64,000 nt of DNA, taken from the NCBI GenBank assembly GCA_965277285.1, contig OZ255721.1, positions 960,001 through 1,024,000 on the forward strand, given 5' to 3'. Position numbers and translations under genes: made by a program. This stretch comes from Abditibacteriaceae bacterium. Its GTDB lineage: Bacteria; Armatimonadota; Abditibacteriia; Abditibacteriales; Abditibacteriaceae. The notes below the pieces were generated by a model. The model searched no databases. It had not been told where the DNA came from and worked only from the letters and a program-made list of their open reading frames with translations. Shown in pieces: positions 51,885-61,361 of the stretch (positions within the stretch are counted from its first letter, which is position 1; every line of letters starts with the position of its first letter).

Positions 51885-52031
51885 ATGAGCCAGAACAACG
51901 ACGACGCAACAATCGAAAAGCCAGTTCAAACGGGTCAATCGTCGCAGGCACCCGCCGAAGGCGTCGAAGATCAGCCGGAGCAAAGCGACAAAACGCAAGG
52001 TCAAAGCAGCGAAGCACCCGCCACCGGATAA
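51885..52031 (+). CDS. Small acidic hydrophilic peptide (48 aa)
   Basis: GAGGA RBS; MSQNNDDATIEK...PATG; below the ORF-track cutoff. Confidence 0.45.
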   Translation: MSQNNDDATIEKPVQTGQSSQAPAEGVEDQPEQSDKTQGQSSEAPATG

Positions 52032-52214
52032 ATCGTCAAAGATGCAAAACAAAAGAACGAGTACTCGAATTGAGTACTCGTTCTTTGCTTTTGTACTTCT
52101 GCTTGAGTACGCGTTCTGTGAGAGTTTATTGCAAGAGAGTTGTCGCGTTGTGTAGGAGCTTGGCACGTCAAGCCCCTACATATCCTTATCCTGATAGATG
52201 GACTGAAATATGCT

Positions 52215-53261
52215 TTAGAAACCAGGAAAATGCTTTCTTATTTTGCCAATAACCGCGTCTTTGCCCATGTCTTCTACCACGCTGCCATCGCCTGAATTGT
52301 CGCTGTTGTTCGGCGCAGAGTTTTGCGTTGTATTGCCACCGTTCGCGTTATCGCTGTTGGCATCTGCATTGGCGGCATCGGCCATTCCCGACATGGCGCT
52401 GCCCATCATGGCTTTCATCATCGCCTGCGAACGCGCCTTCTCATAATCTTTGTCGGACAACAGCTTGAAATCGGCGGGCACCAAAAAATCGGCGTCGGTC
52501 AGTTTCGCCTGCGAAATCATGGTAGTTTCCTGCGCCATAATGACTTTTTCCGTATCGCCGTCGAACATCTTCATTTTGACGATAACGCCTTTAAAAGCCG
52601 TGGCGAAGGCTGCAATGTCGCCTTTTTGCTCGAATGTACAATCGCAATCGTCTTTGAAATGCACTTGCGAGATCGTGGCGACATCGTTGCGCAATCCACA
52701 ATCGAAGGTCGGAATATCGACATCGGCGACCCAGATTTCCTGCTTGGTACGAATATGGTCTTTGCCAGCGCAACCGTATTCCTGCATATCGGTTGTGAGG
52801 AGATAATGCCGCGCTTTTCGTGCGGCAATCATCTCCGTTCCCAGCGACTTCACATTGATGGTGCTGACGATTTTTCCGGTATCGTGTTTGGCTGGTTGCG
52901 ACGGAGCGTTGCTGATTGGTGTCGGAGTGGGTTGCACAACGTGGCCGTTTTTGTCCAGCGTATCAAGGGCGTAAATCTTCAACGCCGCGTCCCAACGAAC
53001 TTTCTGATGTTTGGCGCAGGTCGTGACAGTTGTTTCCGACTGCTTGAAACTGGCGATTTGCATCGACGAATCCATGCGCTGTTGCCCGGCGCGCGTGAAA
53101 GTCGTCATTGTCATCATGGGTTTTAAGGTGCCCGCCTCGCCGCTCGGCATACTGTTGACCTGCGTGTATTTGATGTCGGCGCGTGCTGCGCAACTCATCG
53201 CACCAACCGCCAAAACCAGACACGACATCGACGCCAAACGCTTGAGACCTTTGTTTTTCAT
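52215..53261 (-). CDS. Secreted hypothetical protein (DUF4412-like)
   Basis: Signal peptide; LGTEMIAARKARHY, EIWV, F.VPADFK. Confidence 0.65.
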   Translation of the reverse strand: MKNKGLKRLASMSCLVLAVGAMSCAARADIKYTQVNSMPSGEAGTLKPMMTMTTFTRAGQQRMDSSMQIASFKQSETTVTTCAKHQKVRWDAALKIYALDTLDKNGHVVQPTPTPISNAPSQPAKHDTGKIVSTINVKSLGTEMIAARKARHYLLTTDMQEYGCAGKDHIRTKQEIWVADVDIPTFDCGLRNDVATISQVHFKDDCDCTFEQKGDIAAFATAFKGVIVKMKMFDGDTEKVIMAQETTMISQAKLTDADFLVPADFKLLSDKDYEKARSQAMMKAMMGSAMSGMADAANADANSDNANGGNTTQNSAPNNSDNSGDGSVVEDMGKDAVIGKIRKHFPGF

Positions 53262-53344
53262 ATCTTTCTCCATTGAAATCAGGCGTATCGAGTACTCGAT
53301 ACGGTTTTGTCCCGACCATTGTAACATGAAAACGAAAAGGATTG

Positions 53345-53980
53345 TTAGCGCGCGTCAGGAATCAGAATCGTGAACTCGTCGGACAGCGCGATATTATGCA
53401 AATTGCGACTTTCAATGCGAAAACGATGCGAACCAGGCGCCAAGCGCACGCGTTGAAAAACCGGCGCAAAGTTTTCGATCAAGTCGTCGTGAATCTCTTC
53501 GTCCGCGATAACGCGCGTTTCGCGCAACCAATAACCAATCGCGCCCGGCGCATCGTCAAACGAAAGCGTGGTAAAAACTTGCTTGTGTGGCTGCGTGAAC
53601 GTCGCCAAAACGCTCGTTACATCGACTTTCTGCACGTCGCCTTCTTCGCGCAACGGATCGGGGAAACCCAGTAGCTTGAAGTTCTCCGCCGCTTCATCCG
53701 CGCTCCACAAACCAGGTTGCGAAACTTGTTCATAGATTCGCATCAGCAATTGCTGCGAATGTTCAAAACCGGCGCGGCGCAGAGGACGATCAACCAATTC
53801 AATATCGGCCAACAAAGCACCGCGCAAAACTTCCAGTTGTTCTACGTCTTCAGGAAAGGCTTCGGTAATTTCTGGAAACATTTTGACGGCGCCAATAATT
53901 TCAGACAATCGCACCAGCACGGCGCCAGGCGAAACAGGAACAACACGCGGTTCGTTATGCATCATAAATCGAGTACTCAT
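53345..53980 (-). CDS. Hypothetical protein
   Basis: Acidic ORF with normal codon style; start uncertain (53980 or 53965). Confidence 0.6.
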   Translation of the reverse strand: MSTRFMMHNEPRVVPVSPGAVLVRLSEIIGAVKMFPEITEAFPEDVEQLEVLRGALLADIELVDRPLRRAGFEHSQQLLMRIYEQVSQPGLWSADEAAENFKLLGFPDPLREEGDVQKVDVTSVLATFTQPHKQVFTTLSFDDAPGAIGYWLRETRVIADEEIHDDLIENFAPVFQRVRLAPGSHRFRIESRNLHNIALSDEFTILIPDAR

Positions 53981-54102
53981 TTCAGGAAAAGATGCGGTTA
54001 TTATGACGCGTCGCGCCACATCGCGCAAAATCGACAGTGCTTGTAGGGACGCAGAAATCTGCGTCCCTACGAAACGGATGTGCCTCTGCACGTCGGGACG
54101 AT

Positions 54103-54612
54103 TCAATCGTCCCAATCTTCATCGGCATCGCGTCCCGACAACGAATTGGGCGCGTTCAAATGCGCGCCGTCATCAACGCCGACGCCCAGGCGATCCACCA
54201 ATTCGCCGCCCAGCCAGCTTGTAAATCCTGATAACGCCGCACCCGCGAACGACAAAGCGAGCGCCTTTTTGCCTGGATTTTCAGGGTGATCTTTGCGCAA
54301 AAGCCAACTTGCGCCGAACAACGTCAGGGCGAGAACATTTCCCAAGCCGTGCGCTTTGCCGACGGCTTTGGCGCGCGTCTCGTCGGGAATGGCCAGCCAG
54401 TCGCGCGTGCCGAAAGGCGCTGCCAACAATCCGCCCAGAATGCCCGCGCCCAAAAGATGCTGCGCAGTTTCCGACAGCTTTTTGCGCTTGGTTTCATCGC
54501 CGCTGGTCAATGCCAAGGTGTCGAAAATCGCCGCCGTTGCCAAAAGTCCCAGCGGAAATACGATCAAAATCGTGTGCGCCGGATGTCCGAAAATCTTGCT
54601 TTTACTTTCCAT
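54103..54612 (-). CDS. DUF2231-like membrane protein
   Basis: GHPAH...VFPLG, HGLGN, WLGGELV. Confidence 0.82.
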   Translation of the reverse strand: MESKSKIFGHPAHTILIVFPLGLLATAAIFDTLALTSGDETKRKKLSETAQHLLGAGILGGLLAAPFGTRDWLAIPDETRAKAVGKAHGLGNVLALTLFGASWLLRKDHPENPGKKALALSFAGAALSGFTSWLGGELVDRLGVGVDDGAHLNAPNSLSGRDADEDWDD

Positions 54613-55744
54613 TTTTCACCTCGTGTTGTTTGGCTTCGTCTTGCAATCGAGTACTCAAAAGCGCCATCACAGCGGCTTCTTCCGGTTCCAGTTGCGACAA
54701 TTCGTCCATTTCCTGTGCCACATATCGCTCTAAACCACCAGCTAACGAACCGTCCAAATAGGAATCAATCACGGCGGGATGCACGTAACATTTGCGGCAA
54801 ACGCTCGGCGTATTGCCCAATTGCTTCGAGACGTTTTCAATCGCTTGCATGATATTTCTTTTGGCCTGCGTTTCGGAATCGAACTTCTCGAACTCCTGCA
54901 ACGCCAACGATGCCAGAACCGTTCCGGCCCAGGTGCGAAAATCTTTCGCCGTAAAATCTTCGCCGCTGATTTCCTTCAGGTAATCGTTGACATCGTGCGA
55001 AGAAACCGAATGCGTTGCGCCCTGCTCGTCCACGAATTGAAAAACTTCCTGGCCTGGCAAATCCGACAGTTTTTCAAGCACGCGCGCCAAACGACGGTCG
55101 TTCAAATCAATCGAATGACGGACGCCGCTTTTGCCCTTGAACTGAAAATGAATGGTCGCGCCGTGCACATCGACGTGACGGTTGCGCATCGTCGTCAAGC
55201 CATAAGATTTGTTAGATTTCGAGTACTCTTCGTTGCCGACGCGGATCAGAGTTTTTTCGAGCAATTGCACCAGAGCGGCGAGAACGCGTTCGCGTGATAA
55301 ATCGGGCCTTTGAAGGTCAGCGTTCGTGCGTTGGCGGATGTGAGGAAGTGCGCGGCCAAAACTCATCAGGCGAGAGTATTTGGTTTCGTCGCGCACGGCT
55401 CGCCATTTCGTGTGATAACGATATTGCTTGCGACCGCGCGCATCAATGCCCGTCGCCTGCAAATGTCCATTTTCCAGCGGACAAATCCACACATCGCGGT
55501 AAGCCGGAGGAATCGCCAGCGACTTAATTCTGTCCAACGTCGCTTGGTCGCGCACCGGTTTTCCATCGGGATCGACATAACGGAAACTTTGCCCGCTTTT
55601 CAAGCGCCTAATGCCCGCGCTGTCATCGTGAACATAGCGCAAATGCGCCGCTTTCGCCGCTTCAACGGGGTCTTTGATAATTGGCGGCAACTCAATCTTC
55701 TTCTGGCGTTTCGCGCGAGGTTTAACTGGCATTCGAGTACTCAT
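54602..55744 (-). CDS. Bacterial DNA topoisomerase IB
   Basis: GRKQYRYH, IRVGNEEY, SYGLTT, FKGKSG, KDFRTW, LGNTPSVCRKCYVHP. Confidence 0.93.
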   Translation of the reverse strand: MSTRMPVKPRAKRQKKIELPPIIKDPVEAAKAAHLRYVHDDSAGIRRLKSGQSFRYVDPDGKPVRDQATLDRIKSLAIPPAYRDVWICPLENGHLQATGIDARGRKQYRYHTKWRAVRDETKYSRLMSFGRALPHIRQRTNADLQRPDLSRERVLAALVQLLEKTLIRVGNEEYSKSNKSYGLTTMRNRHVDVHGATIHFQFKGKSGVRHSIDLNDRRLARVLEKLSDLPGQEVFQFVDEQGATHSVSSHDVNDYLKEISGEDFTAKDFRTWAGTVLASLALQEFEKFDSETQAKRNIMQAIENVSKQLGNTPSVCRKCYVHPAVIDSYLDGSLAGGLERYVAQEMDELSQLEPEEAAVMALLSTRLQDEAKQHEVKNGK

Positions 55745-55787
55745 AACGCGCCGCGCGTGTCAATTTTGAGGCCGAGAACGAGTAGCT

Positions 55788-56297
55788 TCAATTGTTTGTC
55801 AATGACTTGTGTCTTTGCAAAAGCTGGAGGAAGTAAGCGTCCATTCGCTTTCTCGGCCCGCCACCTATATCAACACTTGCGCCAGGTGTCAGCTCAATAT
55901 CTCCAAATTTCTTCCTGCCCAAATCGTAATAGATACAACCGACTAACTGTTTGCCGGATACGAAACGGAATTTTCTGTCTCCCATTTCGCCTCCATTCCT
56001 AACGGTGAACCGAGATGCTTTTTCGTAGAAGTCTATTGCATTAATCAAATCCTGCTCATCTTGGCCGCGCAAAACAAAAATCGGCTTTCTTTGTGCCGCT
56101 TCGCAAGCATCGGTGGAGCAGTAACCAAAGTCATAAACACGTACTTCGTCCACATTTTTCAACGCTTCTCGAAACTTCAAAGTTGCTTCTGTGGGCGGCC
56201 CATATTCGCGGCGCCAATGTAGATACGCCAAAGCGACCAAAAGCATAAGCGCGATTGAGGTGGCACACCAAACTTCCAACTTGCGTTTCTTTGTCAT
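55788..56297 (-). CDS. Hypothetical membrane-anchored protein
   Basis: N-terminal TM helix. Confidence 0.6.
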   Translation of the reverse strand: MTKKRKLEVWCATSIALMLLVALAYLHWRREYGPPTEATLKFREALKNVDEVRVYDFGYCSTDACEAAQRKPIFVLRGQDEQDLINAIDFYEKASRFTVRNGGEMGDRKFRFVSGKQLVGCIYYDLGRKKFGDIELTPGASVDIGGGPRKRMDAYFLQLLQRHKSLTNN

Positions 56298-56406
56298 ACA
56301 GATGTCGTAAAGACTTCGTAGGGACGCCAGCTTGCTGCGTCCGTTTATTCATAACGCGGACGCAGCAAGCTGGCGTCCCTACGAAACCACCGTTTTGAAC
56401 TCTGCC

Positions 56407-57594
56407 TCAGCTTTCGCTCAAACGCTTCGCTTCGCCGTTCAGCATTTCGTGGGTTTCGCGCAAAATCTGCGGAATCTTTTCTTTGAACGGGCTGTTCTTC
56501 AGCAACGGTTCGAGTACTCGATCTTGCACTTCGTTGGCTTTGTCGCCAGGAAAAAAGTGGTCGTTTTTGCCCAGCAGATTGTAGCGACCACGCGCCCAAT
56601 CTTCCAGGTCGAACGATTTGGCGTATGTGTACAAACGCAAAATCTCCAGCACGTTGATGTCGCCCGGCATGTCGTGCGCTTCCGGCACGCCTTCAAACCA
56701 ACGACGGCGCCAATCGCTGCCCACAACGCGATCTATTTCGGCTTCCAACTTCGCCTGAATCGGCGCGATCGTTTCCGCCGCGTTGTCGTACCATTCTAAT
56801 GACGAAACGTGTTCGTCAAAGTCTGATGGTTTATCGGCACCGACGCTGAGCGTATGGACTTGAGGATGCGACAGGCAATACAAATCGTTAAATTGAATCG
56901 GCGACAGCGGCGCGCAAAGTTCTTTCAATTTCGGCGAAGGGTCTTGCAAGCGTCCGCCTTTATCGGTTGGCGAAATAATAAAAACGCCCATATCTTGCTT
57001 GGTCGCGGCTTCGATGGACGGCCAGTTCAGGTTGTTGACGAAATACCAGTGAACGTTGAAATAATCAAATTCGCCTGTGTTGCAGGCCGCAGTAATCGCG
57101 CTTTCCGGCCCGTGCGTCGAAAACCCAATGAAGCGCACGCGCCCTTCTTTTTGAAAGCGCCGCGCGACTTCCATCAAGCCGCCTTTGCGCATGACATAAT
57201 CCAAAAGTTGCGCGTTGTTCAAGCCGTGAAAAGACAGCAAATCGACATAACCCAACTGCAGATATTGCATCGATTTCTCGAATTTTTCGATAAACGTCGC
57301 TTGATCTTCCGAAACGCCGACTTTGGTCTGGATAATCATCTTTTCGCGCGGCAAGGTCGGCAAAATCCGCCCCAGTTGCATTTCGCTGGTGCCATAACCG
57401 CGCGCCGTCTCGATGTGATTGATGCCCAGTTCCACGGCGCGATGAATCGTCGCTTCCAGGTTTTCCTGATTGGCCGGATCAATGTCTTTCGGGTCGAGAT
57501 CGCCCCACGCTTGCTGATAACGCATTCCGCCGCACGAAAAAACCGGCATCTGCAATTCCGTCCGACCAAAACGACGATATTTCATTGGGTTCAT
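56407..57594 (-). CDS. Aldo/keto reductase
   Basis: YRRFGRT, GGMR, HIETARGYGTSE. Confidence 0.88.
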   Translation of the reverse strand: MNPMKYRRFGRTELQMPVFSCGGMRYQQAWGDLDPKDIDPANQENLEATIHRAVELGINHIETARGYGTSEMQLGRILPTLPREKMIIQTKVGVSEDQATFIEKFEKSMQYLQLGYVDLLSFHGLNNAQLLDYVMRKGGLMEVARRFQKEGRVRFIGFSTHGPESAITAACNTGEFDYFNVHWYFVNNLNWPSIEAATKQDMGVFIISPTDKGGRLQDPSPKLKELCAPLSPIQFNDLYCLSHPQVHTLSVGADKPSDFDEHVSSLEWYDNAAETIAPIQAKLEAEIDRVVGSDWRRRWFEGVPEAHDMPGDINVLEILRLYTYAKSFDLEDWARGRYNLLGKNDHFFPGDKANEVQDRVLEPLLKNSPFKEKIPQILRETHEMLNGEAKRLSES

Positions 57595-57778
57595 AATTTC
57601 CTTTGAACAACAGAGACAACAGCAAAAGAGTCGAGTACTCGAAACTATCAGTTTGTCATTCTGAGCGCAGCGAAGAATCTATCTGTAGGCCAGATTCGGG
57701 TGCCCTTTGGGCGGCGGGTGCCCTACGGGCAGGCTCAGAATGACAAACTCTGACTCTTTCGTTCCGGGTCTGTGTTGT

Positions 57779-59020
57779 TTATGTATTTTTCAAGTATTGC
57801 TGCGCCGCGACTAAATCGGCGGGCGTGTCGATGGCGATATTCACAACATCCTGGACTTCGAGTACTCGAATTGTGACGCCGTTTTCCAATGCGCGCAACT
57901 GTTCCAACTTTTCGATTTGCTCCAGGCGCGACGGCGGCAACTGCGCCATTTGCAACAGCCATTTTGCGTCATACGCATAAACGCCCAAATGCCGCAGTTT
58001 GCTCGTTCTTTCACTTTTCGCATCGCGCTGAAATGGAATCGAAGCACGCGAAAAATACAGCGCGTTACCGTTCTGGTCGGTGACAACTTTGACGACGTTG
58101 CTGTCTTCGATTTGCGCGGCGTCTTCAATCGGCGTCGCCAGTGTCGCCATTTTCAAAGCGGGTTCGTCGCGCATCGCTTGAATTAAAACGTCCAAATGCG
58201 CCGCATTGATAAATGGTTCGTCGCCTTGCACGTTGACGACGATCAGGCGTTCGTCGGCATCCAGCGCGTTCTCTTTCGAGTACTCGATAACGGCTTCTGC
58301 GATGCGGTCAGTGCCAGTTTCGCAACCTGCGCTTGTTATGGCGATACGCACGTTTTTTTCATCGAAGTTTTGTGCGATCTGGCGCGCGATTCGGTTGTCA
58401 TCGGTGGCGACCAAGATCGGAAGATCGGCCTGCGTGTGCAAAGCGCGTTCGACAACGTGTTCGATGACGCTTTGATTGCCAAGATTCGCCAAAGGCTTGC
58501 CAGGAAAACGCGTCGAAGCATAACGACTGGGAATGACGATCAGACAACGCGCACGGTGTTCGTTCAATTTCTTCAAAGTGTTGGTCGTCGAAAACCCTTC
58601 CAGCAACGGAACGATAACGATTTCGCCGCCATATTTTTGAACCGTTGCGGCTTCCGGCAAATCTTCAACGCGATAATCGCCGCCTTTGACATGAACGTTC
58701 GGGCGCACGTTTTCCAATGTGGAAATCGGCGTGTCGTCTTCGTAAATGCAAACAGCATCCACGCAGCGCAACGCATCGAGCACCAAAGCACGCGCGTTTT
58801 GGTCGTTGATCGGGCGCGAATCGCCTTTCAAGCGGCGCACCGACGCATCAGAGTTCAGCCCGACGATCAGGCAATCGCCCAGCGTTCGCGCGTGTTGCAA
58901 AAGTTCGACGTGTCCGGCGTGCAGAATATCGAAGCAGCCGTTTGTCCAGACAATTTTCTGGCCGCGCGCGCGACGTTGGTCGCACCACGCAGATGATTCC
59001 GACGAAGAGAAGATGGCCAT
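57779..59020 (-). CDS. Fusion of RfaE2/HldC-type heptose-1-P adenylyltransferase and KdsB CMP-KDO synthetase
   Basis: N-terminal TNGCFDILHAGH, GLNSDASV, KGGDY; C-terminal IPSRYASTRFPGKPL, VNVQGDEP, ALYFSR, EKLEQLRALE. Confidence 0.88.
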   Translation of the reverse strand: MAIFSSSESSAWCDQRRARGQKIVWTNGCFDILHAGHVELLQHARTLGDCLIVGLNSDASVRRLKGDSRPINDQNARALVLDALRCVDAVCIYEDDTPISTLENVRPNVHVKGGDYRVEDLPEAATVQKYGGEIVIVPLLEGFSTTNTLKKLNEHRARCLIVIPSRYASTRFPGKPLANLGNQSVIEHVVERALHTQADLPILVATDDNRIARQIAQNFDEKNVRIAITSAGCETGTDRIAEAVIEYSKENALDADERLIVVNVQGDEPFINAAHLDVLIQAMRDEPALKMATLATPIEDAAQIEDSNVVKVVTDQNGNALYFSRASIPFQRDAKSERTSKLRHLGVYAYDAKWLLQMAQLPPSRLEQIEKLEQLRALENGVTIRVLEVQDVVNIAIDTPADLVAAQQYLKNT

Positions 59021-59194
59021 GCGCAGTTTACGAAACTCTCGATTAATGAAGATTAGCGCCCAAAACGAGATTACAGAACCCCAAGCGTGAGCGCGGGGCT
59101 GACGTAGATGTGAGTTCAGCCCCGCGCTCACGCTTGGGGTTCTGTAACTTTCAACAGCGAACAGCTTTGTCGCGCAATTAAAAAGTCTGAGGCA

Positions 59195-60235
59195 TCAAAT
59201 TTCATTGGCGACGCGTCGCACTTCTTCGGGCGTGACGGCGACCACACCGACGTGACGCACGCTGGCCGCCGCCGCAATGTTGCCGATTTCGCTGGCGCGC
59301 ACCGCATCGGCGCCGCCCATCAAGGCCGCTGTCGCTGCCGCCAGAAAAGAATCGCCCGCGCCCGCGACATCGAAAACTTCGACTTCGTGAGCCGGAATGT
59401 GGCGCGGCGCCCGGCCTTCCTGAAACAAGGAAACGCCGCGCCCGCCGCGCGTAATCACCAACGCCCGCGCGCCGCTGCCCACGCGTAACGCTTCGCCAGC
59501 GGCCGCCACGGCTTCGGTCGTGTCGAGTTTGAGGCCGCTCGCTTCGCTGGCTTCTTTCTGGTTGAGCGACAGAAAATCGGCGCCCGCGAAACAGTTCATG
59601 TTATGCGGTTTGGGGCCGCCCGTCACGCGCAAACCGGCGGCTTTTCGAGTACTCGATTGCGCGCAAAGGACGGCTTTGGCCAGCACGCCGCAAGAGGCCA
59701 TTCCCTTGTCGTAATCGGAAACGCATAGCGCTGCGGCGTCATTCAAGGCGGCATTTAAGCGCGTGCCCAGTTCGTCTTGAATAGTCTGCGAAAACGCTTC
59801 ATCGCTTTCGCGGTCGACGCGCACCATTTGCTGGCGCTGCGCCACGATGCGCGTTTTGAGCGTGGTCGGGCGAGAACTGTCGCACACCAAACCCGAAACA
59901 TCGGCGCCCGCTTCTTCCAGTTCGCGCGCTAAATCGCGGCCTGCATCGTCATCGCCGACCACGCCGACGACGCGCACGCGCGTTCCCAAGCGCAACAAGT
60001 TCATGGCGACATTGGCCGCGCCACCGGGCGCTGTGCGACGCTCGGTCAGGCGCACAACGGGAACCGGCGCTTCGGGACTGATGCGATTCGCCTGGCCAAT
60101 AATCCATTCGTCCAACATCAAATCGCCCGCGACAACGACGATTTTCCCCGACGCCGCCGCGAAATAATCCTCGACGCGCAAAGGTGAATTGGTGAACGAC
60201 GCAGCGGGGCTTGCGCTATCGTTTTTCAAAGGCAA
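59195..60235 (-). CDS. RfaE1/HldA-type heptose-7-phosphate kinase (PfkB family)
   Basis: GDLMLDE, RISPEAPVPVV, SDYDKG, DVAGAGD. Confidence 0.9.
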   Translation of the reverse strand: MPLKNDSASPAASFTNSPLRVEDYFAAASGKIVVVAGDLMLDEWIIGQANRISPEAPVPVVRLTERRTAPGGAANVAMNLLRLGTRVRVVGVVGDDDAGRDLARELEEAGADVSGLVCDSSRPTTLKTRIVAQRQQMVRVDRESDEAFSQTIQDELGTRLNAALNDAAALCVSDYDKGMASCGVLAKAVLCAQSSTRKAAGLRVTGGPKPHNMNCFAGADFLSLNQKEASEASGLKLDTTEAVAAAGEALRVGSGARALVITRGGRGVSLFQEGRAPRHIPAHEVEVFDVAGAGDSFLAAATAALMGGADAVRASEIGNIAAAASVRHVGVVAVTPEEVRRVANEI

Positions 60236-60251
60236 GATGGAGGGCGCGTGA

Positions 60252-61262
60252 TTACGAGTGGGAGTTGTGATGAGAAGATTCCTTTTTCGAGTACTCGAAA
60301 CGGCGCAAACGGTCGTTCACGGCGGCCACCAGCAAAGGAATCGTCAGTTCGTGATGTCCCGTAATCGAAATGCCGCGCCCTTTGCCATCGGTCAATTCGT
60401 TGGCGCGGCGCACGGGATTCCACGTACTGCGATAATGCTGGATGAAGTCGAAGTTTACTCCGGTGAAGTCGCGCACGTCATGCCCCAAATTGCGACACAC
60501 CGCCAGAGATTTTTCAATAATCGTCGGCAACAGCACGCTCGAACCGATGTTGATCAAAACGCCGCCACTTAATTGCGACACCGCGTGCGCGAAAATCTTG
60601 AAATCGTTAAAACTCGCCGCGCCCGTTGCAGCGCCATCGTGCGACGGTTGCGGATGTGGAATATCGCTGCCCAGCGCGACATGAATCGTCATCGGAACGT
60701 GATAGTTCAAAGCTGCGACGAGCAAGCTTAGATCGCTGTGCGGTGCCAATCCCTGCGCTTTTTCTTCCAACAAATCGGCGCCCAAAGTTTCGCCGAAACC
60801 GTGATTATTCATGTGCGCTTTTTTCGCCGCACCGTTAATAAATTCGCCGGTTTCGCGCGCCATGCCGAACAATCCGGTCTTGATTCCGGCTCCGACATCT
60901 TCGCTGGTCACGCCAAAACGCGCGACTTCAGTATCGTGAACCGCGCCCGCGCCATTGGTCGCCAGCGCATCGAGTACGCCATTGCGCATCCAGTCGATGA
61001 GAAGCGGCGACAATCCGACTTTAATGACGTGCGCGCCCATTGTCACGATGACTTTGCGATTGTTCAGTTTGGCATCGACAATTGCATCGACAACGGCGCG
61101 CAGTTCGCGTCCCGCTAAAATGTCGGGCAGCGAATCGTAGAAATCGGAAAAACTGGCGTTGGCTTCGAGAGTTCGCGCAAATTCACTGGTGGCGACTTTG
61201 TTTTCGCGCTCGCGCACCGAATAAGTTTTGACCTGCGATAAATCGAGTTGAGGAAAAGGCAT
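60252..61262 (-). CDS. Deoxyhypusine-synthase-like fold hypothetical protein
   Basis: MGAHVIKVGLSP, ATNGAGAVHDTE, GSSVLLP, GHHELTIPLL. Confidence 0.6.
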   Translation of the reverse strand: MPFPQLDLSQVKTYSVRERENKVATSEFARTLEANASFSDFYDSLPDILAGRELRAVVDAIVDAKLNNRKVIVTMGAHVIKVGLSPLLIDWMRNGVLDALATNGAGAVHDTEVARFGVTSEDVGAGIKTGLFGMARETGEFINGAAKKAHMNNHGFGETLGADLLEEKAQGLAPHSDLSLLVAALNYHVPMTIHVALGSDIPHPQPSHDGAATGAASFNDFKIFAHAVSQLSGGVLINIGSSVLLPTIIEKSLAVCRNLGHDVRDFTGVNFDFIQHYRSTWNPVRRANELTDGKGRGISITGHHELTIPLLVAAVNDRLRRFEYSKKESSHHNSHS

Positions 61263-61361
61263 AAATCAAATTTGACAGAACCCCAAGCGTAAGCGCGGGG
61301 CTGAATTGACATCTAAGTCAGCCCCGCGCTTACGCTTGGGGTTCTGCGGGGCAGTCGAACT

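Larger units (their letters stand above)
28864..56383. repeat. GTAG-type REP-like short palindromes
   Basis: 28864-28891 and 46858-46885 (GGGCGAGGCATGCCTCGCCC), 33898-33923 and 52152-52179 (TTGGC..GCCAA type), 54043-54070 and 56317-56383 (GTAGGGACGC...GCGTCCCTAC). Confidence 0.75.
22452..57750. repeat. REP-like family 2 (GTCATTCTGAGCGCAGCGAAGAATCT inverted doublets)
   Basis: 22452-22591 (extended long palindrome), 47938-48011, 57650-57750. Confidence 0.85.
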
